Shown here piece after piece: positions 27,016 to 38,200 of a stretch of DNA of 48,924 bases (positions within the stretch are counted from its first letter, which is position 1; the number at the start of each line of letters is the position of its first letter). The DNA is from an uncultured Pseudomonadales bacterium. Lineage in GTDB: Bacteria > Patescibacteriota > Microgenomatia > UBA1400 > PJMF01. The notes under the pieces were generated by a model. It did not search any database and had not been told where the DNA came from. It worked only from the letters and a program-made list of their open reading frames with translations. The stretch spans positions 3,394 through 52,317 of the forward strand of contig CAYVBW010000002.1 of NCBI GenBank assembly GCA_964449995.1, given 5' to 3'. Made by a program: the position numbers and the translations under genes.

Positions 27016-28212
27016 TTATTCAATAATTTTGGTGATTGCTCCAGCGCCAACAGTAATGCCACCTTCTCTAACTGCGAACCTAAGCCCTTCATTAAGAGCA
27101 ACCGGAGAAATAAGCTCAACCGTCATCTTAGCGTTATCTCCAGGCATAACCATTTCTACTCCCTCTGGTAGCTTAATTTCACCAGTTACGTCAGTTGTTC
27201 TAATGTAAAACTGTGGCTTGTAGCCAGTAAAAAATGGTTTGTGACGCCCACCTTCTTCTTTTTTAAGAATATAAACTTCTGCCTCAAATTTTGACAAAGG
27301 TTTAATGGTCCCAGGCTTAGCTACCACTTGTCCTCTTTGGACCTCATCTTGTTTAGTGCCTCTTAGCAACAAGCCCACATTGTCACCAGCTTGACCCTGA
27401 TCTAACATTTTTCTAAACATCTCTACTCCAGTAATAGTGGTTTCTTTATCATCATCAAAACCAATAATAGCCACTGTTTCACCAACTTTAACTACTCCGG
27501 TTTCAATTCTTCCTGTTACCACAGTCCCTCGTCCCTTAATTAAGAAAACATCTTCAACTGGCATTAAAAATGGCTTATCAAGATCTCGAACTGGCTCTGG
27601 GATATACTCATCTATAGTATTAAGTAATTCCATTACCTTATCTTGTTGTTCTTCTTCTCCTTCTAAAGCCTTGAGAGCAGAAACACGAACAATAGGTGTT
27701 TCTTCTCCTTCATAGCCATACTTAGTAAGCAGCTCTCGAACCTCCATCTCAACTAAATCCAATAATTCTTCATCATCAACCATGTCAATTTTATTTAAAA
27801 CAACTACAATTTTAGGAACATTAACTTGCTTGGCAAGCAAAATATGCTCTCTAGTTTGGGGCATAGCCCCATCTGTAGCAGCCACCACTAAAATAGCACC
27901 ATCCATCTGAGCTGCGCCAGTAATCATGTTCTTGATATAGTCTTCATGACCTGGGGCGTCAATATGAGCGTAGTGACGTTTCTCAGTTTCATACTCTATG
28001 TGCTTAATATTAATAGTGATTCCGCGAGCTATCTCTTCCTCGCTATTTTCTACATCCTCATAATTTTGAGGTTGATTAATGTCAGAAGGAACCTTTTTTG
28101 CCAATACGTGAGTCATGGCGGCAGTTAAAGTAGTTTTACCATGATCTACGTGGCCAATGGTACCAATGTTGACATGAGGTTTAGTTCTTTCGAACTTTGT
28201 TTTGTCTGGCAT
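27016..28212 (-). CDS. tuf: Elongation factor Tu
   Basis: 398-aa [29 protein letters not shown], and a highly conserved C-terminal beta-barrel sequence. Confidence 0.96.
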   Translation of the reverse strand: MPDKTKFERTKPHVNIGTIGHVDHGKTTLTAAMTHVLAKKVPSDINQPQNYEDVENSEEEIARGITINIKHIEYETEKRHYAHIDAPGHEDYIKNMITGAAQMDGAILVVAATDGAMPQTREHILLAKQVNVPKIVVVLNKIDMVDDEELLDLVEMEVRELLTKYGYEGEETPIVRVSALKALEGEEEQQDKVMELLNTIDEYIPEPVRDLDKPFLMPVEDVFLIKGRGTVVTGRIETGVVKVGETVAIIGFDDDKETTITGVEMFRKMLDQGQAGDNVGLLLRGTKQDEVQRGQVVAKPGTIKPLSKFEAEVYILKKEEGGRHKPFFTGYKPQFYIRTTDVTGEIKLPEGVEMVMPGDNAKMTVELISPVALNEGLRFAVREGGITVGAGAITKIIE

Positions 28213-28329
28213 TTTAACTCCTTATTACTTGTTAATTGTTAAATATTTATTAATTATTGATAACTGATTTATGGACAAAGGTATATTTTAACTGAAAAAT
28301 AACCTTATGTCAGGTAGTAGTTCTTCTTA

Positions 28330-30468
28330 TTAGTTGGTTGCAACTCCTTTTCTCTCCTCAATAATTTGATTAGTGATTTGAGTTGGAACAACATCATAAT
28401 GAGAGGGTAGCATCACGCTAGTGGCGCGACCCTGAGTCATGCTACGTAAAATCGTTACATAACCCTGCATCTCAGCCAAAGGAACTAAAGCATTTATAAT
28501 CACAGCGTTTCCTCGAGTTTTAGTACCCTTAATTTGAGCTCTTCTACCTCCTAAATCTCCAATAATATCTCCCATAAATTCTTCTGGGGTAGTAACCTCA
28601 ACATTCATAATAGGTTCTATTAAAACTACCTTATTTTTTGATAAAGCATTTTTCAAACCAATTGAACCGGCCATTTTGAAGGCTACTTCACTTGAGTCAA
28701 CCTCATGATATGACCCATCATATAAAGTAACTTTCATATCTGTGAGAGGATAATCTGCTAGATAGCCACGCTCCATAGATTCTTGAACTCCTTTGTCAAC
28801 TGGAGGAATAAACTCTCGTGGAATAGCTGCACCTTTAATCTCATTTACAAACTCATAACCTGTGCCTCTTTCCATTGGTTCAATTTTTAATAAAACGTGG
28901 CCGTATTGACCCCTACCTCCAGATTGTTTGATATATTTTCCTTCTCCCTCAGATAATTCAAGAATGCTTTCGCGATATGCTACTTGGGGCTTACCAGTGT
29001 TAGCCTCAACACTAAATTCTCGACGCATACGATCAACCAAAATTTCCAAATGAAGTTCTCCCATACCACCAATTAAAGTTTGACCTGTATCATGGTCAAC
29101 CTTAATTTCAAAAGTAGGATCTTCATTGCTAAGCTTATTAAGAGCAACCCCCATTTTTTCTTGATCTTCTTTAGTTTTAGGCTCTATAGCTAAGTATATA
29201 ACCGGATCTGCAAAAACAATTCTCTCTAAGACAATTGGGTTGCTATCATCACATAAAGTATCACCAGTTGAGGTATCTTTTAAACCAATGATAGCGACAA
29301 TTTCTCCTGCTCGAGCCTCTTGAATTTCTTCACGTTCATTGGAGTGCATCAAAAGTAATCTGCCAACCCTTTCTTTATTGTCTGTGCTGGAATTATAAAC
29401 ATAACTGCCAGACTTAAGCACTCCAGAATAAACTCTTACATAGGTTAAAGTACCTACATGAGGGTCTGTTTGAATTTTAAAAGCTAAACCAGAAAATTTT
29501 TCTTCTGGAACAAGTTGTCTCACCTCTTCCTCATTTGTTTGAGGATTCTTGCCAGTTATTTGATCTATATCCTGAGGAGAGGGTAAGTAATCAACTACTG
29601 CATCAAGTAAAACTTGTATTCCTGTATTTTTAAAAGAACTCCCACAAAAAACAGGCACTAATTTATAGGCAATAGTGGCTCTTCTTAATGCAGCTTTTAG
29701 CTCATTAACCTCTATTTCTTCTTCCATTAAAAATTTTTCCATAAGCTCATCATCAGTCTCAGCAATAGCTTCCACTAGTTCAGATCTTTTTTCTTCAACT
29801 ACTGGTTGATATTCTTCAGGAATATCTTTAATTTCTGGTTCTGTGTCAGCGGCACTATCTTTCCAAAAGAGAGCTTTTCTTTCCAATAATAAAATCACTC
29901 CTTTAAAGTTATTTTCAGCTCCCATTGGGTGGACCATAACTGCAGGAATAACTCCAAACTTATCTCTAATATCTTGCAAAGTCATTTCAAAATCTGCACC
30001 CAATTTATCCATCTTATTTACCCAGCAAATACGAGGAACTTCATATTTATCAGCCTGCCTCCATACGGTTTCAGACTGAGATTGTACCCCTTCACTAGCA
30101 TCTAAAACAGTGACTCCACCATCTAAAACTCTTAATGATCGCTCTACCTCAGCAGTAAAGTCAACGTGTCCAGGCGTATCAATAATATTAATTCTATAGT
30201 CTGATTTTGGTAAATGGGAATCAAAATATTGTTGCCAAAAAGTGGTAGTGGCAGCTGACTGAATAGTAATACCTCTTTCTTGTTCCTGTTCCATCCAGTC
30301 CATGGTTGCTTCACCAGCGTCAACCTCGCCAATCTTATAACTTTTTCCTGTATAAAATAGAATTCTTTCGGTGGTAGTGGTTTTACCGGCGTCAATATGG
30401 GCGATAATCCCGATATTTCTCACTCGGTTTAGAGGCACTTGTTTATGATATGATTTTTTTTCAGACAT
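28330..30468 (-). CDS. fusA: Elongation factor G
   Basis: 712-aa [31 protein letters not shown], five-domain length. Confidence 0.95.
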   Translation of the reverse strand: MSEKKSYHKQVPLNRVRNIGIIAHIDAGKTTTTERILFYTGKSYKIGEVDAGEATMDWMEQEQERGITIQSAATTTFWQQYFDSHLPKSDYRINIIDTPGHVDFTAEVERSLRVLDGGVTVLDASEGVQSQSETVWRQADKYEVPRICWVNKMDKLGADFEMTLQDIRDKFGVIPAVMVHPMGAENNFKGVILLLERKALFWKDSAADTEPEIKDIPEEYQPVVEEKRSELVEAIAETDDELMEKFLMEEEIEVNELKAALRRATIAYKLVPVFCGSSFKNTGIQVLLDAVVDYLPSPQDIDQITGKNPQTNEEEVRQLVPEEKFSGLAFKIQTDPHVGTLTYVRVYSGVLKSGSYVYNSSTDNKERVGRLLLMHSNEREEIQEARAGEIVAIIGLKDTSTGDTLCDDSNPIVLERIVFADPVIYLAIEPKTKEDQEKMGVALNKLSNEDPTFEIKVDHDTGQTLIGGMGELHLEILVDRMRREFSVEANTGKPQVAYRESILELSEGEGKYIKQSGGRGQYGHVLLKIEPMERGTGYEFVNEIKGAAIPREFIPPVDKGVQESMERGYLADYPLTDMKVTLYDGSYHEVDSSEVAFKMAGSIGLKNALSKNKVVLIEPIMNVEVTTPEEFMGDIIGDLGGRRAQIKGTKTRGNAVIINALVPLAEMQGYVTILRSMTQGRATSVMLPSHYDVVPTQITNQIIEERKGVATN

Positions 30469-30553
30469 AATTTTTCCTTTATTTTAGTCTCAAACTTTGG
30501 AAATTCATCAAAAATCTTTAAAATTAAACTCTATCTTCCGAGGCTCATTGTCT

Positions 30554-31030
30554 CTACCACTTGAAGTGAGCAAAAGCTTTGTTAGCTTCTGCCATTCGAT
30601 GGGCATTATTTTTCTTTTCTATTGCCCCTCCTTCATTGTTGAGTGCATCCATCATCTCTGCTGCTAATTTTTCTCCATAAGTATGGTATTTATCATTAGG
30701 TTTTTTAGCAGCTTCTGTCACTAACCAACGGATAGCTAAAGAAGTAGCCCTGCGAGGTTTAACAGACACTGGAACTTGATAAGAGGCACCACCAACCCTT
30801 CTTGTTCTCACTTCCACTTTAGGAGATATTCTCTCAACCAACTCCTCCATCAGCTCTTGAGGCTTTTTTTTAGTTTTTTTTGTAACAGTATCTATAGCTG
30901 AATAAACATGCTTCATGGCAATCGTTTTTTTTCCCTGTTTCATAACTCTATTAATCAACTTATTAACCAAGACTGATTGGTGTTTTGCATCAGGTTCAAC
31001 AGCTCTAGTATAATTTTTTTTAGTACGCAT
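30554..31030 (-). CDS. rpsG: 30S ribosomal protein uS7
   Basis: 158-aa ORF. VEVRTRRVGGASYQVPV, and a C-terminal AHRMAEANKAFAHFKW. Confidence 0.93.
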   Translation of the reverse strand: MRTKKNYTRAVEPDAKHQSVLVNKLINRVMKQGKKTIAMKHVYSAIDTVTKKTKKKPQELMEELVERISPKVEVRTRRVGGASYQVPVSVKPRRATSLAIRWLVTEAAKKPNDKYHTYGEKLAAEMMDALNNEGGAIEKKNNAHRMAEANKAFAHFKW

Positions 31031-31064
31031 GTTCTTGTTTAATTAAAATTTAAATACCCTTAAT

Positions 31065-31472
31065 TTACGACTTCTTTACGCCATATTTACTTCTGCTTGA
31101 TTTTCTATTTTCCACTCCAGCGCAATCATAAACCCCTCTGATAATATGATATTTAACTCCCGGGAGATCCTGAACTCTACCCCCTCTAACTAAAACAATA
31201 CTATGCTCAGCTAAATTATGACCTTCTCCTGGAATGTAAGCAGTAACCTCAACTTTATTTGATAATCTAACTCTTGCCACTTTCCTTAAGGCAGAGTTTG
31301 GTTTTTTAGGAGTCATGGTTTTAACCACAGTACACACACCCCTCTTTTGAGGATTAAAGCCTTGAGTGGTTTGGCCTGTTTCCGAATTAAAATTTTTTCT
31401 TAAAGCTGTTGCTTTAACTGCCTTCTTTTTTCGAGACCGGCCTTTTCGTATTAACTGATTAATTGTTGGCAT
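31065..31472 (-). CDS. rpsL: 30S ribosomal protein uS12
   Basis: 135-aa [49 protein letters not shown]. Confidence 0.94.
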   Translation of the reverse strand: MPTINQLIRKGRSRKKKAVKATALRKNFNSETGQTTQGFNPQKRGVCTVVKTMTPKKPNSALRKVARVRLSNKVEVTAYIPGEGHNLAEHSIVLVRGGRVQDLPGVKYHIIRGVYDCAGVENRKSSRSKYGVKKS

Positions 31473-31548
31473 ATTTTATAGAACCCAGATTGTATCATGT
31501 CGACTATTTTTTTTCAGCATTAATTTTTCTACCAGTTTGCTAAAAAAA

Positions 31549-34500
31549 CTAGGCTTCAATTTCAGCCCTCTCCTTTGTAGTTGGGATCAATCGACCAATG
31601 ATTACATTTTCCTTTAATCCCTCTAAGTAATCAATACTGCCATTAAAAGCAGCTGTGGTTAAAATACGCTTAGTGTGCTGGAATGATGCTGCTGACAACC
31701 AAGAATCTGTAAATAACGCACTTCTGGTAATACCAAGTAACAAAACCTCTGCCACAGCTGGCTCACCACCAGCAGCCATAACTTCGTCATTCACATCTAA
31801 AAAGTTGCTTTTCACAACTACTTCTCCAGTTAATAAAGTGGTATCTCCAGCGTCTTTAACTTTTACCTTGTCACCCATTTTTCTAACAATGGTCTCAAAA
31901 TGTCGATCATTAATGCCAATTCCCTGAGATTCATAAACATGCTGAAGTTCGTTAACTATATTAAGTTGAGTAGCTAATAAACCTTTAATTTTAAGTAATT
32001 GGTTATGGTCAACTGAACCCATAGTAATCTTCTGTCCAGCATAAACTAAATCTTTATCTTTAATGGCTAATTTAGCATTTGCTGGTAAAACATAGGATTC
32101 AACTTCATCATCTGTGGTAGAACGAATTTCAACCACCCTTTCTCCCTTCTTTTCAGCAACCTTTGCCTTACCTGCAATTCTAGAAACAATAGCCTTAGAT
32201 TTTGGAGTTCTGTTTTCAAACAGCTCCTCAACACGAGGCAAACCTTGCGTCACATCAAGTCCGACAATACCAGCTGAATGTTTAGTTCTCATGGTTAATT
32301 GAGTTCCTGGTTCACCAATAGATTGAGCTGCTATCACTCCAACCGGAGTACCAATAGTGGCAATCTTTCGGCTTGAAAAATCACGACCATAACAGGCTGC
32401 ACAAATACCTTTTCTAGCTGCACAGGTTAGTGGAGAGCGAACCTTAACACTCTTTACTTCATTTTTATCAATTTTTTCTGCAACAGCTGGTGTTATGATC
32501 TCTCCTTTTTTAACAATTACTTGACTATTAATTTTTATTTCTTCTAAAGAAATTCTGCCTCTAATTCGATTGGCAAAAACTGTTGAACGATTATCTCTGG
32601 TAACTTCAATCCCTTCATCTGTGCCGCAGTCTTCCATGCGAATAATAATGTCGTGTGAAACATCTACTAGACGTCGGGTTAAATAGCCAGCGTCAGCAGT
32701 TTTTAGTGCTGAATCAGTTAAACCTTTTCTTGAACCTCTAGCTGAATTGACATATTCAAAAATAGATAAACCCTCCCGGAAATTGGACTTAATCGGCATC
32801 TCGACAATATTACCCAAAGGATCGACCACCAAACCTCTCATTGCAGCTAGCTGTTTTACTTGATCTTTTGAGGCTCTAGTCCCTCCAGAATCAATAATTA
32901 TTTTCACTGCATTATCTTCATCATAAGACTGCCATGTTAAATCTGCTACCTCTTCAGTGGTACTCATCCAAATATCAAAATTATTCTTTTTTCTTTCCTC
33001 ATCAGTAATCAACCCTTGCTGATAATTTTCATGAAGTTTTTCTGCGTTACTATTTGACTCTTTAATAATATCGTCTTTTGATCGATTTATTTTACAATCT
33101 GTAACCCCAACCGATATTCCTGACAAAGTAGCTGCCCTAAACCCTAAATCTTTAATATTATCAATAATGTCCACGATAACTTCTTCGTCCAAATTCTCAA
33201 TTGCTTGGGTAACAATATCTTTAATTTTTTCAGAATCCACATTTTCATTGATAAAAGGCATATCTTCAGGAAGAATTTGGTTAAACTCAACCCTACCATA
33301 AGTAGTACGAATAATTTCTTGTTTGTCTCCCTTTTTAATCCTAACTTTAATAGGTTGGTGCAAATCAATTAAACCAATTTGAAATGCGTGTAAAACTTCA
33401 TCCTCATCAGCAAAAACATTTGGATGCTCAGAAATTGATTCATTTAATATGGTCTGATAAAAAATGCCCATAGCCATTTCTTTGTTGGGAACAGTAATAG
33501 GTTGACTGTTGGCTGGTTTCAGCAAGTTTTTACTAGCCATCATGTAATTAAGAGACTCCTCTTGGGCGTCTTTGGTTAAGGGTAGGTGAACTGCCATTTG
33601 ATCACCATCAAAGTCAGCATTATAGCCAGCACAAACACAGGGATGAATTTCTATTGCTTTACCATCAATTAATTTTGGATAAAAAGCTAAAATACCTAGT
33701 TTATGTAAAGTAGGAGCACGATTTAACAAAACAGGATGATTCTTAGTGACTTTCTCTAGAGCATCGTAAACCTCAGGCTCATGACGATCAACTAAATTGC
33801 GGGCACTTTTAACATTAGGGGCAGCTCCCTGCAAAATAAGCTCATGGAAAACAAATGGTTTAAAAATCTCTAAGGCCATGTCTTTTGGCAAGCCACACTC
33901 ATTAAGTCTTAAATCAGGTCCCACTACAATAACGCTTCTTCCGGAATAATCAACTCTTTTACCCAAAAGATTTCTTCTAAATCTTCCTTTTTTACCTTTC
34001 AGCATGTCAGACAGAGATTTTAAAGGCAATCTTTGCGGACGTCGACGAGTGGAAACTTTAGTATCAATTAAAGAATCGACAGCTTCCTGCAGCATTCTTT
34101 TTTCATTGCGCAAAATAATATCTGGAGCTCCTAAATTGATCAGGTGCTTCAAACGATTATTACGATTAATCACCCTTCGATATAAATCATTTAAATCAGA
34201 AGATGCAAACCTGCCGCCTGACAACTGAACCATTGGTCTCAAGTCAGGAGGAATTACCGGCAAAACCTTAATAAACATCCATTCGGGATCAATAGCGGCT
34301 TTTCTAAAGCTTTCCACTGCCTTTAATCTTTTTATATAGCCTGCTGATTTTGTTTTACTTTTTGTCTCTTTAATCTTTTGGTGTAACTTATCTTCTAAAA
34401 CTTCTAAATTAATTTCCTTAATTAGCTTGTAAACACTTTCAGCACCCATGCCAACCTCAACAAAAGACTCGGCTTGATAGTCCATAAGTTTAATATATTC

Positions 34501-35238
34501 ATCTTCGGTTAAAACGGATTTTTTCTTAATATCCTTCACCATAGACTTAATGGTGTCATAAATCTCAGTATTACGGTCAATCTGTTCTGTTAATTCCTGC
34601 TTGGTTTGAACTATGGCTTTTTTGGCCTTTAATTCAAGTGCTTCCTTTTTCAACTCTAATGTTTCTTTTTTAGTAATTTTTTTCTCTAATTTCTTTTTAT
34701 CTACTTTAAGTTGTTCCTTAATCTGTACAATTTTTTCTTCTGCCTCTTGTCTTAAGCTTTCTTCTGATTCAACCTGAGCAACATCAAGATTGTCTAAAAT
34801 CGTTGCCCGAGCCCCCTCATCAACTCCCAATACAATGTATTGTGAAAAGTACATAACAGAACTAATATCTCTAGGGGATATATCAAGTATGCGAGAAAGG
34901 ATGGAAGGAGCTCCTTTAAAATACCAAACATGAGCTACTGGAGCAGCAAGCTCAATATGTCCCATTCTTTCTCTTCTAACTCTAGAATGAGTCACTTCTA
35001 CTCCACATTTATCGCAAATAATTCCCTTATATCGACGCCGTTTGTATTTACCACAGTGACACTCATAATCCTTAACAGGTCCAAAAATCTTTTCGTCAAA
35101 CAAACCGTCTTTTTCAGGTTTAAGGGAACGATAATTTATTGTTTCTGGCTCCTTTACTTCTCCATAAGACCAATCAAGAATGTCTTCGGGCGAAGCTATT
35201 TTGATCTGTAGGGCTGTAAAATCAATAATGTTTTTCAT
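31549..35238 (-). CDS. rpoC: DNA-directed RNA polymerase subunit beta-prime
   Basis: 1229-aa ORF. Zn finger CHCGKYKRRRYKGIICDKCGVEV and catalytic NADFDGDQMAVH. Confidence 0.96.
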   Translation of the reverse strand: MKNIIDFTALQIKIASPEDILDWSYGEVKEPETINYRSLKPEKDGLFDEKIFGPVKDYECHCGKYKRRRYKGIICDKCGVEVTHSRVRRERMGHIELAAPVAHVWYFKGAPSILSRILDISPRDISSVMYFSQYIVLGVDEGARATILDNLDVAQVESEESLRQEAEEKIVQIKEQLKVDKKKLEKKITKKETLELKKEALELKAKKAIVQTKQELTEQIDRNTEIYDTIKSMVKDIKKKSVLTEDEYIKLMDYQAESFVEVGMGAESVYKLIKEINLEVLEDKLHQKIKETKSKTKSAGYIKRLKAVESFRKAAIDPEWMFIKVLPVIPPDLRPMVQLSGGRFASSDLNDLYRRVINRNNRLKHLINLGAPDIILRNEKRMLQEAVDSLIDTKVSTRRRPQRLPLKSLSDMLKGKKGRFRRNLLGKRVDYSGRSVIVVGPDLRLNECGLPKDMALEIFKPFVFHELILQGAAPNVKSARNLVDRHEPEVYDALEKVTKNHPVLLNRAPTLHKLGILAFYPKLIDGKAIEIHPCVCAGYNADFDGDQMAVHLPLTKDAQEESLNYMMASKNLLKPANSQPITVPNKEMAMGIFYQTILNESISEHPNVFADEDEVLHAFQIGLIDLHQPIKVRIKKGDKQEIIRTTYGRVEFNQILPEDMPFINENVDSEKIKDIVTQAIENLDEEVIVDIIDNIKDLGFRAATLSGISVGVTDCKINRSKDDIIKESNSNAEKLHENYQQGLITDEERKKNNFDIWMSTTEEVADLTWQSYDEDNAVKIIIDSGGTRASKDQVKQLAAMRGLVVDPLGNIVEMPIKSNFREGLSIFEYVNSARGSRKGLTDSALKTADAGYLTRRLVDVSHDIIIRMEDCGTDEGIEVTRDNRSTVFANRIRGRISLEEIKINSQVIVKKGEIITPAVAEKIDKNEVKSVKVRSPLTCAARKGICAACYGRDFSSRKIATIGTPVGVIAAQSIGEPGTQLTMRTKHSAGIVGLDVTQGLPRVEELFENRTPKSKAIVSRIAGKAKVAEKKGERVVEIRSTTDDEVESYVLPANAKLAIKDKDLVYAGQKITMGSVDHNQLLKIKGLLATQLNIVNELQHVYESQGIGINDRHFETIVRKMGDKVKVKDAGDTTLLTGEVVVKSNFLDVNDEVMAAGGEPAVAEVLLLGITRSALFTDSWLSAASFQHTKRILTTAAFNGSIDYLEGLKENVIIGRLIPTTKERAEIEA

Positions 35239-35295
35239 AATCTGGTGAGTACTCTAATTTGATTGTTTAAAAAATTATTAAATATAAAGTATTTT

Positions 35296-38200
35296 TTATG
35301 CCTCCTCATCTTGTTCATCTTCAATTTCTTGGTCATCCTCTAGATCTTCATCTGTTGGTTCTTGATCTTCTTGCAGTTCGTCTTCTTTTTCTTCTTCTGC
35401 CTCCTCTTGTGGAGGTGAGTCCTCTTCATCGCTAAAAGATAAATCTTCATCTTCAACAATCACCTCTGCTTCTTGATCCTCCTGATCTTCTTCTTCCTTT
35501 AGGTCTAGAGGAATTACATCTAAAGATAAGGCATTGAGTTCTCTCATTAAAACCTTAAAAGACTCTGGCACTGTTGGAGCTGGAATATCAATTCCTTTGA
35601 CCATTGCTTTAAAAGCCCTAGATCTTCCGCCAACATCATCTGATTTAATGGTTAACATTTCTTGCAAAGTATAAGCTGCTTTGTGAGATTCAAGAGCCCA
35701 AACCTCCATCTCTCCAACTCTTTGTCCACCCATCTGAGCTTTACCACCCAAAGGTTGTTGGGTCACTAAAGAATAGGGCCCTGTTGATCTGGCATGAACT
35801 TTATCATCTACCATGTGAACTAACTTCAGCATATAAGTTACGCCAACTGCTGTTTTTTCACGATAAGCCTGACCTGTCCTGCCATCATATAATTGAGCTT
35901 TACCGCTACTTGGTAAGCCTGCCTTTTCTAATTCTTGCCAAATCTTTTCTTCATCAATATTTTCAAAAACTGGCAAAGCAACCTTATAGTTTAATTCCTG
36001 AGCAGCCCATCCTAAATGAGCTTCTAGTAACTGTCCTAAATTCATTCTAGCCAAAACAGATAAAGGAGAAATAATCACGTCAATTGGAGTACCGTCTTCT
36101 AAATGAGGCATGTCTGCTACTGGAACAATTTTTGAAATAACTCCCTTGTTACCATGGCGTCCAGCCAATTTGTCTCCAACTTTAATTTTTCTTTTTTCTG
36201 CAACTCTAACTTTGACTTGTTTTAAAACCCCTGGATTAAGTTCGTCATCTTGATCCCGATCTAAAATTTGCACATCAATCACAGTCCCTCGCTCTCCATG
36301 AGGCATTCTCAAAGAAGTGTCTCTTACTTCTTTAGATTTTTCTCCAAAAATAGCCCTGAGCAATCTCTCTTCTGAGCTTAATTCTGTTTCACCTTTTGGA
36401 GCAACTTTTCCTACTAAAATATCTCCTGAACTAACCTCACTACCGATACGAACAATTCCTTCTTCAGTTAAATTTGCTAAATAGTTTTCCGAAACATTTG
36501 GAATGTCATTAGTTAATTCTTCGGGCCCTAATCGAGTATCCATAACTTGGGCTTCATGCTCGCTAATATAAACTGATGTCAGTAAATCATCTTTAACCAG
36601 TCTATCTGAAACAACAATAGCATCTTCATAGCCCAAACCATCAAAAGAAGCATAAGCGATCAATAAATTTGTCCCTAAAGCCAACTCTCCTTGCTCTGAA
36701 GCTGGACCATCTATAATTAAATCTCCCTTCTTGACTCTATCCCCTACGTTAACCAAAGGTTTTTGTGAATAGCTGGTACTTTGTGAAGTTCTAATAAATT
36801 TTGAAATTTTATAAACTTCAGTATTATCAACCAAATTGATATTAGGAATCTCAGATTCTTCATGCTCCTTTTTAGCATCATCAAGTTCTGTTTTATTAAT
36901 CTTAATTATGATTTTTTGTCCATCAGCATATTCAACCACTCCTCCATGAAGAGCATAAATTGTACGACCCATGGCTTGAGAGACGACTGCTTCCATACCT
37001 GTTCCTACGATGGGAGATTCTGCTTTAATTAAAGGTACGGCCTGGCATTGCATATGACTACCCATCAAAGCTCGGTTAGCCTCATCATGAGCAATGAAGG
37101 GAATCAGCGATGCTGAAGTTCCTACCACTTGCCTGGGGACTACATCAATATATTCAACTTGATCCACTGGGCCTTCTAAAAACTGATTGTTGTGACGAAA
37201 AGCCACCCACTCATCTTTAATAAAATTATCTTTATCAATATCTAATTCAGCATGAGTAATTTTGTAATCTTCTTCTTCATCAGCAGCCATGTAAACAATC
37301 TCATTTGTCACCTTCATCTTGTCCCCCTCAGCTATTACCCTCCTATAGGGAGCTTCTAAAAATCCAAAGTTATTAACTCTAGTATAAAGAGCTAAATAGG
37401 TTACTAAACCGATATTTGGCCCTTCAGGTGAACGAACTGGACAAATTCTTGAATACTGGGAAACATTAATATCCCTCATAGAAAAGGCAGCACGCTCTCT
37501 AGTGACTCCACCGCTACCTAATACAGAAAGTCTTCTTAAATTATCAATTTCTGATAAAGGATTAGTCTGGTCCAATATTGCTGACAAACGATTCCTACGG
37601 AAAAATTGAGAAACAGTGGCTATCAAAGGACGAGCATTAACCAACGCAGATGGAGTTAAACTTGAATCAGTCTTGGTGAGAGACATTTTTTCTCGAATCG
37701 ATTTTTCTAAACGAATCAAACCAATTCTAAAAGCAGTGTCCTTTACCAATTCACCGATTCTTCTTACTCGACGATTACTTAAATGATCAATGTCATCAAC
37801 TTTTCCCTGTCCATTTTGTAGGCCGATTAAATAACGAATCGTTTCAATAATATCTGCTTTATCTAAAACAGTTAAGTTTTCATCAATATCAGTTTTAAGT
37901 CTTCTGTTAAGCTTATAGCGACCAACTCTACCAAGGTTATACCTTCTTTCATCGAAAAAATGAGTTCGAAAATAATCTCTGGCAGTATCAATAGTGGCAG
38001 GCTCTCCAGGTCTAAGTTTTTCATAAATTTCTACCAAAGCTTCATCTTTAGTGGTAGTGTCATCCTTTGCCAATGTGTTTTCAACTAAATTAAATTCATC
38101 TTGTTTGGAAATATCCTTGTAAAGTTCTAGGATTTGCTCATTGCTTTCAATGCCAAGTGCTCTTAATAAAACAGTTGCTGGAACTTTTCTTCTTCTGTCA

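Noticed and set aside
28213-28329. Possible terminator hairpin (ACCU-gacaua-AGGU followed by a U-run) between fusA and tuf.
   Set aside because: It has only a 4-bp stem, too weak to call. fusA-tuf are probably co-transcribed.
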